Part shown: one piece after another, positions 11,626-24,353 of the stretch | Layout of the letters: each line of letters opens with the position of its first letter | Numbering within the stretch: position 1 is the first letter of the stretch | Origin: Laetmonice hystrix | Lineage: Eukaryota | Length of the DNA stretch: 64,000 bases | NCBI GenBank assembly: GCA_965235115.1 | Contig: OZ249436.1 | Span: 52,454,001-52,518,000, forward strand | Direction: 5' to 3' | Notes under the pieces: generated by a model | Seen by the model: only the letters and a program-made list of their open reading frames with translations | Told to the model about the DNA's origin: nothing | Database searches by the model: none | Program-made: the position numbers and the translations under genes

Positions 11626-14600
11626 ATGTTTCAAGCATAACCATTATCATACACTGAAACGGGCTACACGTGACAAACTGTATCATATCCCTCAGATTAC
11701 TATACCAGTCCATAAGAAGGAATTCTCATGCATGGAACCTGAAAGCTATTCCCAGTGGGAGACCTTTTATAATGAGGCGATAGGGAGATACAGGCTGGTT
11801 TTCTTTTATCGAGCGAGCGAAACATAATATATCGGTAATCGATCGTCCGCCCTCCTTCGGGTGATATATGCCTGTTGACGTCACTATAAAAATCCCTTGA
11901 TTAGCCTTGGGGGGGGGGGTTAACCCTCTTTCAATAATGAAATGTACTTTTACATGCAAACGTTCCAACAGCTCGTAGCCTTAGGTTGTAATCCTCTTAA
12001 GCTCGCCATCGCTTTTATATGGTTGCTTTTATTGCCAGGACATGAAATGTCCTCTCCTGGCTGACCACGGCTTTCACTTCATCTATATATATCCCCTACT
12101 GATATAGGTCAACGGTTGGACTAGGAAGTGGGAATCTGGCGCCCAATGTCTCCATCAGCAACCCCCATTCATGACACGATCCCTGTTAGTGCCGGAAGCC
12201 AATGTAGACGGAAGGCATCCATAAGACATGCGGCCGGTGTTGCATGAAATATGTACTGGCCTGAAAATATACTGCACAGTATATATAAAAATGTTACTCC
12301 CAGTAACATTAGATACTCCTCTCTTTCTGTTTATATTAAACTATATCAGACACGTTATCTTCGAATCGTTAGGCCTATATATCATTAGGTAATTATTAGT
12401 TGGCGACCATTTTCATGGGAGCCAGCATTTTCTCCAGAATTGTTTGTGCACCTTTTATGCCGTATTCTAGGGTAACGCAATCATTTAACATAATACGTAC
12501 ATAGACTATAGAGAGCGATACATAATGAACAGGCCCGTGTGGGAGGATGGGGTATAAAAATAACTTTTGGAATAATGGAGTAGAAAAATAAATTCCTTAT
12601 AGTGCCAGAGTATATGAACGCCAATAGTTTGTGTTGTTGCATGATGTAGATATGGTATAATACTACTCGGTCAGTCTAGATCTAATTCTAATTAAGGCCT
12701 AGGTTTAATAAAGATTGCAGGGCGGTTTGGGAGGCGTCTATGACGTTAGCGGGCGGGGGTTGGGCTGCCTTGCAGCAGCATCATTAACAAGTTGGGAGGC
12801 ACTATTACGGATCGCCTAATGTAATGTATACTGCCGGCTGTCACATGACGCGGAGCTCTGACGTAGGTTGCTGCACACGTCCCTTGTGACCCGACATGGC
12901 GTGCAAGGCCAGGTAATCTTGGAAATTCATAACGGTACGTAACACGATACCTACGTCTTCTGTAAAACGGAGTACGGGAGTGGGGAAGTAGGGCGAACAG
13001 CTTGATCTGTTGTTTCCAACTCTACCTCCCCCCAAAACAAAACCTGCCCAGGAGGCCACTGGTGATAGGAATGGGGGCCGAAAATAGTAGGGCATTGTCC
13101 CGATGTGCGAGTTTCTCTTGTTTTTCGTATCTTCAACATCCACAGGAATTGAAAAATTTTGTGAGGAATTCCCATTGGGGGAATAACCGATAGGCCTACT
13201 CGCCCAAGTCCTCATTGTGGCGGGTAGGCCTTCATGCATGATTAGGATCAATTTTAACCAAGACAATTATTTGATTCCTCACAGTAGACTTCGCAGTCTC
13301 GAAATGACCTCCGGGGTGAATTTCAATCAAAATGTCTGTTGTTTTTACGAACACAATGTCCTTTCCATATGATGACTGCCGTTTTCCCCGCGTGTTTCAG
13401 CCCGACCCTTTCTGGCAACGTTCCGGCTTGGACAGGACATCAAACAACCAACCGACCGCTGCCAATCCAGCAGGAAACATAATTATCTGCCAAACAACAG
13501 GATTCTTCCTCTCAGTAACTGTCATGTATTTAATGAGCTACCGTTATATATGGTCCTTTTTGTAGGCACGGATCCTTTTCCCGCTACCGCCAACCACACC
13601 ATACCTTCAGTCGGTCACGGTCTGTGTGTGGGTGTAAGGTGGCAGGATGGATCAGTGTTTTAGCGGTCGCCAATATCCCGCGGTCAATGCCCGTTTCTCT
13701 GGTTAATTTATAACCCCCAGGTACAATATCCTCGGTCAACACTCACTTTCCCCTTTGATGTCACATCTATACCCAAATACTGTATTTTATGCTTCAAAGT
13801 AACGACCGTAGCAATCGTAATTTTACACCGGGTTAGTCAACACAAGGAATATTGTATAAATAGACTATATTAGCTACTTGTGACATTTTCTGACCGATCC
13901 GGATGATATTGATCTATGTCAAATTGATTCTCCCTATTGAAAGTATGCATACAAGGGATGGTGCCGAGACGGTGGTGAGTCGTTATGAAAACTGTTGTTG
14001 CTTCTATATTCCAATACTTTTGCTTATTGTGCCAAATCCTGCCCAGATATTCCCGTATGAGCAATGCTGACGCGGAGATATCGTCCTTTACGGAAGCTTT
14101 TGCAGTGAGGAATGCATCATGTTCTAACATGTTTTACTGTAGTCTATGGTACACAGACTTGTGCAATTCAGCGGTAATGTTGAGACATCACTACAGGTGT
14201 TATAAATACATCGAGTATGATTATGATTATCATAATTGACATGAATTGGACGCCAAAGAGTTATTCCTCCATTATAGAATTCCCACAATTTGGCGGTAGC
14301 GGTTGGAGCAAGGTGAACGGCTAAGTTTTAGAGATGTGTTTATGGTGGAGGTCCAGGGGCCGGAAGCATGGATTACTATGACGTTTGGGCCTAAGAATCG
14401 TTATAGATAAGTTTTCCCTCCCGAATATCCTGGCGATATTAACAAGGGTTTGGGAATAGACCTGCCACAGGTTCGTGTTGACCTGCCTTACCTGGAGATG
14501 TTAACCAGGGTTTGGGAATAGACCTGCCACAGGTTCGTGTTGACCTGCCTTACCTGGAGATGTTAACAAGGGTTTGGGAATAGACCTGCCACAGGTTCGT

Positions 14601-15582
14601 GTTGACCTGCCTTACCTGGAGATGTTAACAAGGGTTTGGGAATAGACCTGCCACAGGTTCGTGTTGACCTGCCTTACCTGGAGATGTTAACCAGGGTTTG
14701 GGAATAGACCTGCCACAGGTTCGTGTTGACCTGCCTTACCTGGAGATGTTAACCAGGGTTTGGGAATAGACCTGCCACAGGTTCGTGTTGACCTGCCTTA
14801 CCTGGAGATGTTAACAAGGGTTTGGGAATAGACCTGCCACAGGTTCGTGTTGACCTGCCTTACCTGGAGATATTAACAAGGGTTTGGGAATAGACCTGCC
14901 ACAGGTTCGTGTTGACCTGCCTTACCTGGAGATATTAACAAGGGTTTGGGAATAGACCTGCCACAGGTTCGTGTTGACCTGCCTTACCTGGAGATGTTAA
15001 CAAGGGTTTGGCAATCACCTGCCACAGGTTCGTGTTGACCTGCCTTACCTGGAGATGTTAACAAGGGTTTGGCAATCACCTGCCACAGGTTCGTGTTGAC
15101 CTGCCTTACCTGGAGATGTTAACAAGGGGTTGGGAATAAACCTGCCACAGGTTCGTGTTGACCTGCCTTACCTGGAGATATTAACAAGGGTTTGGGAATA
15201 GACCTGCCACAGGTTCGTGTTGACCTGCCTTACCTGGAGATGTTAACAAGGGTTTGGCAATCACCTGCCACAGGTTCGTGTCGTGTTCCTTACCTTTAAT
15301 CCGGTCACAGATCCTCCATATTCCACCGTAGGTGCTCCTCAAGTAATATTCTTGGTAAGTCTGATTGTTCGTGATTGGCTCAACGAGAACTATCTTATAA
15401 AAGGAGTTTGCGTCTGAGAAGACGGACAGGTTTTGGTTGAGGTTGGCCACCTGACGAAGCCGACCACCATCCCAGTTTGTTAACTCCCAGTAATCAGTAG
15501 CCACAGAAACAACCATCATGGTCGTCGATAACATGCCAAAAAGCACTGATAACGCGAGGATGAGCATGATTAGTATAGACAT
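8018..15582 (-). CDS. Claudin/PMP22-superfamily tetraspan membrane protein (TMEM178/TMEM114-like), paralog A, 268 aa
   Basis: Four GT-AG exons, all introns phase 1: 15582-15294, 9239-9102, 8686-8549, 8259-8018 (807 nt, ends ...RLEKAKSMI*). TM1 is followed by ATDYW, then the GGIWRICD motif and a second Cys (YDCFNY), matching the W-GLW-C-C signature; TM2/TM3 in exon 3, GWS...W before TM4. Confidence 0.9.
9631..11250. mobile_element. Probable Helentron/HINE-like non-autonomous element hosting an internal tandem array
   Basis: Diverged monomers of the ATGACTTCCTAT...AATAGTAAC...CTATCT...TTTCCAAGATA motif at ~9710, ~9860 and ~10015 precede the homogeneous 54-bp array, and the motif resumes after it. 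Family assignment is from remembered resemblance only; boundaries are approximate. Confidence 0.4.
10170..11213. repeat. Minisatellite, 54-bp unit, ~19 copies
   Basis: Unit CCATATAGGAGTTCCTATACTCGTTGTTAATAGTAACCATAGGCTTATCTGATC, with an internal hairpin TATAGGA-GT-TCCTATA; no spacers, so not CRISPR. Confidence 0.95.
11553..11621. repeat. (TA)n microsatellite
   Basis: Directly visible. Confidence 0.95.
14439..15280. repeat. Minisatellite, 62-bp unit, ~13.5 copies, abutting the exon-1 donor of paralog A
   Basis: Unit TTAACAAGGGTTTGGGAATAGACCTGCCACAGGTTCGTGTTGACCTGCCTTACCTGGAGATG. Confidence 0.95.
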
Positions 15583-17912
15583 AACGCATTAACCATAGGT
15601 TTTTATGTGGGGTTCCATATGGAGCGGCTGTAGTGAGGTCAACCCGAACTTTGGCCACACCTTGATACCGCCCTGCCTTCTCTGGGAATCTGATTATCCC
15701 ACTGCACCTTTAACTGGTACGTACTTCTAGAAACATAATACCGGAAGTTCATAAGTCTAGTTGGTAACTTGATATAACGTGAGAATACAAATGCTGATGT
15801 TCATATTGACAAACAACTTCCATTGTTTCAAGTTCCGTTGCCATTTCGTCACTCATCAGGTACGAATACAAAGTTATACTGATTCAATTCAGGCAACCCG
15901 AGACTGTTGTTGAGGACGTTGCCCATATTATGATGGGTTTTCGGCCCCCTCTTAGGTTTCTCTGACCATACCGAATAGAATCCCAAATGCAGCTTTGGCG
16001 TTGAGAGGGAGAACAAATCCGATTCTCTTCAGCTGCGTGCACCGATTACGTGTGGTTCATGTCAGCTTCACAGCTGCTATACCTGGGGAGGCTCGCCCAC
16101 GCAATGTCCCTTAGCGACCAGCAGCCGATTCTGCCACCTGTATGTTAACTGGCCATTTCCACCTGATGTGACCCCGGGTGTTTGCCCGGCACTACGGTTT
16201 CTGTCCACCATTTAAAACACGGCCATGTCATATCCATTCTGCCCTAGGTGTGCACTGTACCTGCCATAATCGATACCAGCCAACCCCTCACAGCGGGAAC
16301 GTCATCATACGAGTTCTAGGGCTTAGCGTTCTTTGACGTAGTTCCTCTTTGATATAATACAGATGTACTGGATTCTGGCAACTCAGTAAGAGTAAACTTC
16401 GTCAGTGTTCAGGGAGCTTTTTTCACTAGTGTCTCATCACTGCAGTGGGAAGCTGGCACGCCGTTGTTGTTACCGTGGTCGATGTCAAATGAACACTGAG
16501 ACCGCCGTGAGTATGGCATGGCATTGCAAGTGTCTGCCCTCGTATTGTCAGAATTAGCTACACGGGAGAAATCAGCTCCATATCCCCAGAGAATGGCTGT
16601 ATATTGGGCTTCCAACACAGCAGCGGCCGGTCAAAGATTCCCATGGAGTAAATTATGTCAGTTCTTCTGTTCTCCTGAATTATTCACCTGGGCTTCCGAA
16701 CAGTATGGTTGACGCTTGTATGTCAACGGAGCATATTGTACTACGCTGTCAAATGGCAGCAGATGTAAATCTCCTGCTGCAGCGTCTCCTCCGCATCAAC
16801 GCAGTCACTGGGTCCAGGTGCTTAACGTCGGGTGACTCGTTCAAAGTGCGCATGCGTCCAGCGGGTTACAGTGCAGCGGACATCGGCTGGGTTGGCGCGT
16901 CCGCCGCGGTGTCTGATAACTGGAGAAACAGCACAGCTATAGGATGAGTTCAGTAGCGTCGGAAGATAAATTTTCCAGCGAGGGGGGCTGAAGTCAGCCT
17001 AGGCCGACTCTGGCCCTGTTCTGAAATGAGTGCTGCCCACTCATAAGCTGATAAATATGGCTGAGTGAGTTTCAGCGGAGGGGGTTCCGCCCCCTGCTTG
17101 GCCGGTCGCCCCCTGGTTCCGACGCCTCTGGAGTTATTTCATGTGTGTACATTATATGGGAGGGGCGGGCCGGGGTGTCGGAACTTGGCGGGGCGGGAGG
17201 GACCTGCCCTACCCTTAAATTGTCATAGGCAATTAAAAGTTGACATATCCAAGGTCAATACTCAAAGGGGCAAGTGTTGAATCTGAAGAGGTCAATGATT
17301 TAGCATGCCCCTTCTAGTTCATCATACCCTCCGTGACATCCCTGAGGAACGTAGAGAGTCTACAATACCGTAGACATGTCAGGGACGGATCTATATTTGA
17401 AAGGGAGATTTGGGGGTCTCAAATGTGACAAAGGCACCGGCCCCAGAACTTACAGTGTTGCGTAACATGGCGCAACTTACGATGGACCACAGACAGCATG
17501 ATTTGGACATGATGCTTCAAGAGGATGCAGTTGAAATTACGCCATCGCTCATCGCCTGGGGGCGATAAGCGACGGCGTAATATGGTCGGCTTTATTGGTA
17601 AAATTGGCAGTAAAGACCGCTTTTTTCCATGAGATGAGTTGCTTGAGGTTAACAAAATGTTTTCAATGGTATTGACCATTTATTTAAGTTCAAAAGGTGA
17701 ATAATTTTAAGATGAAATGTTGCGTTAAAAAATTGGATGCGGTACAAACATTTTACCTTGTGCGGTTTGAATGTTAACATACACACACACTTAAAACAAT
17801 AATCAGAACTGGGGAACTTGTAAAGGAAATCTTACTTATGAATGTCCATCGATTACCTAGAATGATTGGGTGTATGTAAACATTGGCAGTGGCCGGGCAT
17901 AGCCTTACTTAA

Positions 17913-18778
17913 AGGAAAAGTCCAGTCAAAAATCACATTTGGACCACCACAAGGCAACTCACCTTTCAGAGTAGTGGTTGGAAATAAATGTCCCCCCATT
18001 CCAAGAAGTCATATGTTGAACATGACAACCGTGTCAAAATCACTGGCTTCAGCGGCGCAGCCATTTGTGCCCATCTTTGCATGCGCTGAATTGATCAGTT
18101 GAGGCCGGGGTTGTCGGGGCTCGGCTAGACTAGGCTAAAGGCGGCGGGTGGGCGAATCGATGGAGGCCAGTCCCACAGTCACAGTCACCCCACAGTCACA
18201 GTCACAACTAAACGCAACAGGTCTGTGCTGACACTGCCCGTGATCGATGTCAGTGCCCGGTCGTAGTCAGAGTGGGGCCCGGGCCCAGCGGAGCTGAGCT
18301 CCGTCAACATCACACCTCCGAGTCCGAGCGGGACGAATTGAATGCATGCAGGCGGCCGAAACCCACGGCTGCCCAGATCCGTGTCCACCCTGATATATCT
18401 ATACACCCTGATAGTAGGCTTAATTCCTAGCCATTCCTCATCACTATCGATGGTTTTCGTCTATGTTCTAACAAATATGGCTTATAAGCTGTCAACTTTC
18501 GCTACAGCGCTCAACGCAACAGGTGCGTCAGTTTTTAGTTCCTCCAAAACTGGAGAGCAGTCGTGCTGTGATTGGTCAGGCCTAGGTCGAGCAGGCGCAG
18601 TTTGGGTTTAGCCCAATGAACAGACGCTAATGGCGGAATCCACCAGCTGAGCAGGCTCTATAGGCAGGCTCCGGCGCTAAAGTGCTTATATATTAACAAT
18701 TTGAGCAAAAATTTTAACTTGCTTAGAATTTCACGGCCTGTGTGCCTGGCCTGTACAACCTGCCGAGATACTTTTCTT
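17913..18778 (+). mobile_element. Kolobok-like non-autonomous DNA transposon, copy 1
   Basis: TTAA on both sides (17909-17912, 18779-18782); imperfect TIR AGGAAAAGT / ACTTTTCTT; colinear in opposite orientation with 40533-41209 plus 45624-45872. TTAA TSD with RR..YY termini fits Kolobok. Confidence 0.75.
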
Positions 18779-19788
18779 TTAAGATATATTTTTTTCTCGC
18801 GATGAAGGGCTGCGACTCTGAGACAAACTATATGTACCTCCGTGCCTACCATCATTAGGGGCTTTTCAAAGTTCCCGAAAAAAGGAAACAATGAATTGAA
18901 CTCATGTCATGACAGCACCTTCCTGTAGATCTATATCTACTACTACTACGGGTCAGGCCGACTCGCTCGCTGGTCTAGACTAGCCTGGGTCTGGGACAGT
19001 CTCGATCATCCAGACCCTCATCTGAGAGTCTGGCTTTACCGAGACTGGGGCTGGGACCACTCGGCTCACCCACGATTGACTCTATCGCGTCATATCTCGG
19101 CTGTACGACGAAGGTCGCCATGCTGGGGGGTGGGGTGGGTGGGTGGCTAGGTCGGGACCACTGACCCGGATGTAAACAACAAACTCGCGCGCTGCCGCCG
19201 TGCCGAAAATGTAGAACTCCCTAGTGTCGGACTTTACAAAGTCAGAATATCTGGGTTTCCTCCCAGGTGAAGAAGAGACTGTTTTGTCTCCACGATAGAA
19301 AATTCGAGAAGGATAGGTATGCTGAGAAATTATATTTGAACTAGGCCTATGTGCCTGTGCGTAGGGGTCGACCATTTACTCTTGTGTTCATGTGCGACCG
19401 CTTTACACTACTTTGCACGAAAAACGGGAAAATGGCCGCTTCATACATCCGAGGCCTGCTTCGCCTCCGGATATGACCTAGAAACAGCCAATCAGAAGCA
19501 GCGTCGGTGTTCCGAGTGGGGCTGGGACAACCACTGTAGGCCTACAACTGAATGAAAAAACGTTTCCCAAATCACGCAATTGACGACGTAGGCTGTCTAA
19601 CAGGCCTACCAATGTATCAGTTTTGATACATTGGTAGCAATGTAGCAGATTGTTGTAAACATCAATCTGCTGTGCCAGTATTAAAGACTTTAAAACACCT
19701 AAACGCGATTTGGTAGCATTTCCTACATAGAACTATATGTTCCAGAGAACGGCGTAGGCCTAGATTACTACGCGACTGGGCTCCGCTT

Positions 19789-19855
19789 CCACCAGATGGC
19801 AGTACTATATAATGTAACACAGGACCTACTTGCTGCGCATGCTGCCCTCTGGTGG
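19789..19855. promoter_or_regulatory. Pair of convergent CTCF-like motifs
   Basis: CCACCAGATGGCAGT (+, 19789-19803) and CCACCAGAGGGCAGC (-, 19855-19841) both fit CCASYAGRKGGCRS. Motif match only. Confidence 0.4.
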
Positions 19856-20166
19856 AATATGATAGCATATCTTTTTATTATTTTTGGGTTAATTTTACTT
19901 AAATGCGTTATTATTAAAACGGATCAGTAACATTCGAAGAAAAGCACATTCTACATCACCGCATTCCTAAATTGAATGAAATTTTGGCACTATGTGCAGC
20001 AGATTCGAAAATATATGCTAAAAAGTAGTTCCGGAATGCAATCAGTGGGCCTATGACCAAAGCCTGGCCCAGCTACTGGCCCAAGGGTAAAAAAGGAAAG
20101 GTTGACTCGGCGAGCTCTAATACTTGCTCAGTCATAGGACCTGCCACCAGAGGAATACCCTACCCC

Positions 20167-20350
20167 CAGGGCCGTAATTCGGGGGGGGGGGGGCAAGGGG
20201 CTTAAGCCCCCTCAATATTGTCAGTGGTGCCTAATAATTTGCCTAATAATTTGCCTGTTTTACCAGCGAGAACACTCTGTTCGCCTAGCCCTCTCAATTC
20301 AATGGAAATTAGCTCGCCCCCTCAATAATTTGATGGAAATTACGGGCCTG
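20167..20350. mobile_element. hAT-like MITE
   Basis: TIR CAGGGCCGTAATT / AATTACGGGCCTG; 8-bp TSD CCTACCCC / CCTACCCT with one mismatch. Confidence 0.7.
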
Positions 20351-21373
20351 CCTACCCTTCTCAAGGTTCTGTCGATAACACCATGGTATAGGCATGTCAC
20401 CACTGAACTGCCCATCCGACACGACCAATTTATAGCCTTGTTACTATTATAACAGCTTGGGTATGAACGCACTTATGACGAATAAGACACAAATAAATAG
20501 TTTTAAAGACACTTTATTTCAAAGACCTGTGTGAAGTGTGCCCTCGAACCCGTATAGTTACCGCTAAATGACTGCCTCTTCATCCTTGGTACACACAGAC
20601 GCAGCGAAATAATCCTGGTTAACCATCAGTCTTCATATGCAGTAGATCTAATTCTTATGACTGAAAATAAAGCCCAAATGTATAGACATTGATCAAAAGC
20701 ACTAAAATTAAAGTTTCATGACCAGTAAAATGTCGCCAATTTTCAAAGTTATCCATTTGTTTCATCAGTTGCATCTGGCCCTGCGCATGAAGCACTGTGC
20801 GTCTGTGTGTACCTATCAACATGGACAAAACACGCTCATACAGAAAACCCCCATACTTAGTAAGTCTGTATCCCATCCGTTTTACAGCCTATGTATCCTG
20901 TTTATCACGATGGGATAAATGTGACGTCATTGTGGATACGCCATAGCAAGGTATTACTTTATCTGCGTTCGATTCCGATATAACTGTTCATTTGTAACAC
21001 GGCTTCCATGGTACGGAGGGCTTGTATTGATACGACTGATATGCTTTGAACTGTAAAGCACTTATCGTGTGTGAACACAGAGGACTCATTGTAACAATTG
21101 TAGATAAAACGGATATCGAAACCCCAAAAACAACGCTACGACAAAAACGAAACATCGTGAGAGAAAAACCTCGATGTGACTATTATACGTGCCATATTCT
21201 CGTGCTCTCCGTACCGTTACAGTAAGACATATATGATATTCCCAGAAAGATGTAAATTGCCTCCTAAGTTTCAAATACTTAGGAAGATTCATATGATCTC
21301 GATATAAATAAATATATTAAAAATGAAAACTTTAAAGATTTAAATATATATATATAGAGAGAGTGTGTATTAA

Positions 21374-21713
21374 AGGTGCTATTCGTCTCGCACAGAATGG
21401 CATTTCACCTATCATACATTGTGCACATAGTACTAGAAAAAATTCCTACCGATACCATTGGCCTGATAAACCTTCTATTAGTTTGTGTGCAGCATTTGAA
21501 ACCTATCTCGGTGCGCACCGAGATAGAGCCATTTCCTATGGTGGGGCGTGTCAGGGTCTCCACACGCCTTCTGAGAGAGCCCCATTTGTGCCGTTATCCA
21601 TGAAAAATTTTGATTTCGTTTGTTGTGAATCTATTTCCATGATAGGTGGGATCACATAAACGTCAACAAAATTAAAAATAAAAAAAAAGAATTTTTGTTC
21701 ACGAATAGCACCT
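21374..21713. mobile_element. Kolobok-like MITE
   Basis: Perfect 13-bp TIR AGGTGCTATTCGT / ACGAATAGCACCT, flanked by TTAA on both sides. Confidence 0.8.
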
Positions 21714-22902
21714 TTAAGGAGAGCAAGTATTAGCATTCCAATAGAATGAAACATCACAAGGATCGAAGTGAAAATGATATAATTAATATATATACGTAAA
21801 TATACTTTTGAAAAGACCCTCAGCCACCCTGATGATACAATGGATGCAAAATACTTTTGTGATTATTAATCGGAGACTATATGAAAAAAGGGAGATAAAA
21901 CACATCATAAAAATGATTAAAAGTACATCAGTAGGATTGTGCAACCTTTCCAAACAAGCCGTAACGGGGTCTGGTGCTCTTCTGACTCATCCTCGATATC
22001 TCGGCGTTCAGAAAACTGGTCTAAACCTCATCTGTCCATGACTGTCAATCGTCAGTCAAGTGTTCAAGTATTATGATGAGGAGACCCGTTCATCTAGTCA
22101 GTTGTGGGAGAGCTTCAGGGCCCGGTAAGTTCTTGCTTATTAGGTTGTCTAACAAGACCAGCCAATCGGAAGCGTTTATCTGATTCTTGAACTGTAGCTA
22201 ACCCAACTGCGAGTCAAAGAGAACCCACTGCAAGCCAAAGAGAACCAGCTGTAGGCAAATTCAGCATGTACATAACGTGACATATTTCCACCCCTTTCCA
22301 TCAAAATTGTCTGACAGACTATCGGAGGTGAAGGCAACGTAGAAAGGACAGAACAGAATATTTAATGAATTATTCCAATAAGAATCAATCTTCAAAACTC
22401 ACTCCACAAATCCAACCATATATTTGGTAATATACTAACCATATTGCAGCCATCAATACCTGCCCAGATTTGAGAGTTATCTTGCTAAACGCAACCCCTA
22501 CATCCAACTGACCTCCTTATCATTGTCCCTTATCCTTACACAATTTCGCTCATTTTAAAGCCATATTAGGCCTACGTAATAGTCATGAATCAGACACAAC
22601 TGTCAACACCTATAGTGTAATTAACACGCCAAACAAAATGATATGACTTAGGGAAATCTTTACCAGCAGTCGGCGCCACCAGTTCTCTGCGGTATTCCCG
22701 AAACCTCCACATACAGTCCACGTTTACAAGTGGACGACCAGGCGGCACTGCATCCCGTGATTCTATTGGAGAGGCCTGGCGCCACCAATATTTCTATAAC
22801 TTTTGTTGATTTTTGAAATGAAACATTAGGTCTATTCCTAGATCATGTTTCATTTCCTCACATAAAGTGCCTGCCCCTAAATTTGTTCCGGTTACACTGC
22901 AA

Positions 22903-23060
22903 ATCCTAGGCGAGAATGATAAATATCACGCCAGATGTAGGCCTATCTTGTTGCATCCTAGGCAAGAATGATAAATATCACGCCAAATGTAGGCCTATCT
23001 TGTAGCATCCTAGGCGAGAATGATAAATATCACGCCAAATGTAGGCCTATCTTGTAGCAT
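22903..23060. repeat. Tandem repeat, 52 bp x3
   Basis: Unit ATCCTAGGCGAGAATGATAAATATCACGCCAAATGTAGGCCTATCTTGTAGC. Confidence 0.9.
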
Positions 23061-23095
23061 GGGGAAATATTATTTGAAGCCAATAACAATAAAAG

Positions 23096-23261
23096 CAAAT
23101 CACGATTATCTCTTAGTTCAGTGACTCCAACAAGCAACTGGAATGTTGAATTTTAGATTTCTCCATTTCTGTGGTTGAGTTAGGCCCTATGTAGTCTTAT
23201 CTAACCCAACATCCCATGTTTTCATTTTGGAGTCATTGAACTAACAGATAATCGTGATTTG
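23096..23261. mobile_element. Small foldback/MITE-like inverted repeat
   Basis: ~35-bp arms CAAATCACGATTATCTCTTAGTTCAGTGACTCCAA / TTGGAGTCATTGAACTAACAGATAATCGTGATTTG with 2 mismatches. Confidence 0.65.
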
Positions 23262-24188
23262 TTTTAAAATGATAATTTTACTTTAAATATTTGTCAAAAT
23301 AGGTGCGTTTTGTTGGCATCTGCACAGTAGGATGTAGAGTTGTTACATGCTCGACCAGCAGGATACCAAATTACTGATGTCGTCATCCTAACCGTAGCAC
23401 TAGTAGGCCTATCATAGTTTACTAATATGATATCCATATACATTTGTAACTACTGAAATTCGTCTACGATGTCTCATTGGGTCTTATAAAGTGGCTAGCA
23501 TATTTCTATTATTTGCGATTCTGACGAAGATATGTAGGTAACAAACTGTATGCATGAAATATCAATAAATCTAATCATACTGAAATACATATTACTGTGT
23601 ATGAAACGGCATAATAGGGAATAGGAATTAGGTCCAATTGTGCAGAGACCTATTATAACAAGTCAAGAACTTCGTAAGCATTTGCACAGTTTCTGTGTAG
23701 ATCTAAGCTCAGAGTTACCAACGTAGAATCAACGTGCCTGGTGGTTACAAATCTAGGAAACACTTTTAACCTCTGCCGACCGTAGCCGAACTGCGCCCGA
23801 ACCTCGTTGTTCTGAGTTCTAAGTATCGGAGTAGACTATAGATTATAGTGCATCTTAAGGCGACATGTTTAAATGCAAAATACGGTCCGACACACACAAA
23901 AAACTGTCTTTTTAGTATTTAGGCCCCGATTCTCATATTTAACCAACCAATGGCGACACCATTGATTGGGAGTTCTCACATTGTGGAGTATGTGACGCGA
24001 ATGAAAGCAAGCCCGAATCCATGGGACGCTATACGGTTAGGATGACGACATCCGAAACAAGTAGTGTGAGAGTAAAATTGATATAGAAAAGCTAGGGTCT
24101 ATCCATCAACATTAAATTTCCATCTAATCCCAACCAATGATCAGTGGTTCTGCCGTATACCTATAGGTATAGATGTCTCACTATATTT

Positions 24189-24353
24189 CAGGCACGTACC
24201 CAGGGGGGGGGGGGTTCCAGGGGTTCCGGCCCCCCCCCCGGCCCCCTCCGGTCCCCAGGTCGACTGGTGCAAAAACACAGGTAGCCCCCGGGCAGCCCTC
24301 TTGTCCTGATGGAACCCCCCCCCCCCCTAAGCACAATCCTGGGTACGTGCCTG
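24189..24353. mobile_element. hAT-like MITE
   Basis: Perfect 16-bp TIR CAGGCACGTACCCAGG / CCTGGGTACGTGCCTG with G/C homopolymer tracts; no clear TSD. Confidence 0.7.

Noticed and set aside
22665..22795. Open exon-like stretch on the minus strand (KYWWRQASP...)
   Set aside because: Weak acceptor, no recognisable homology and no partner exons.
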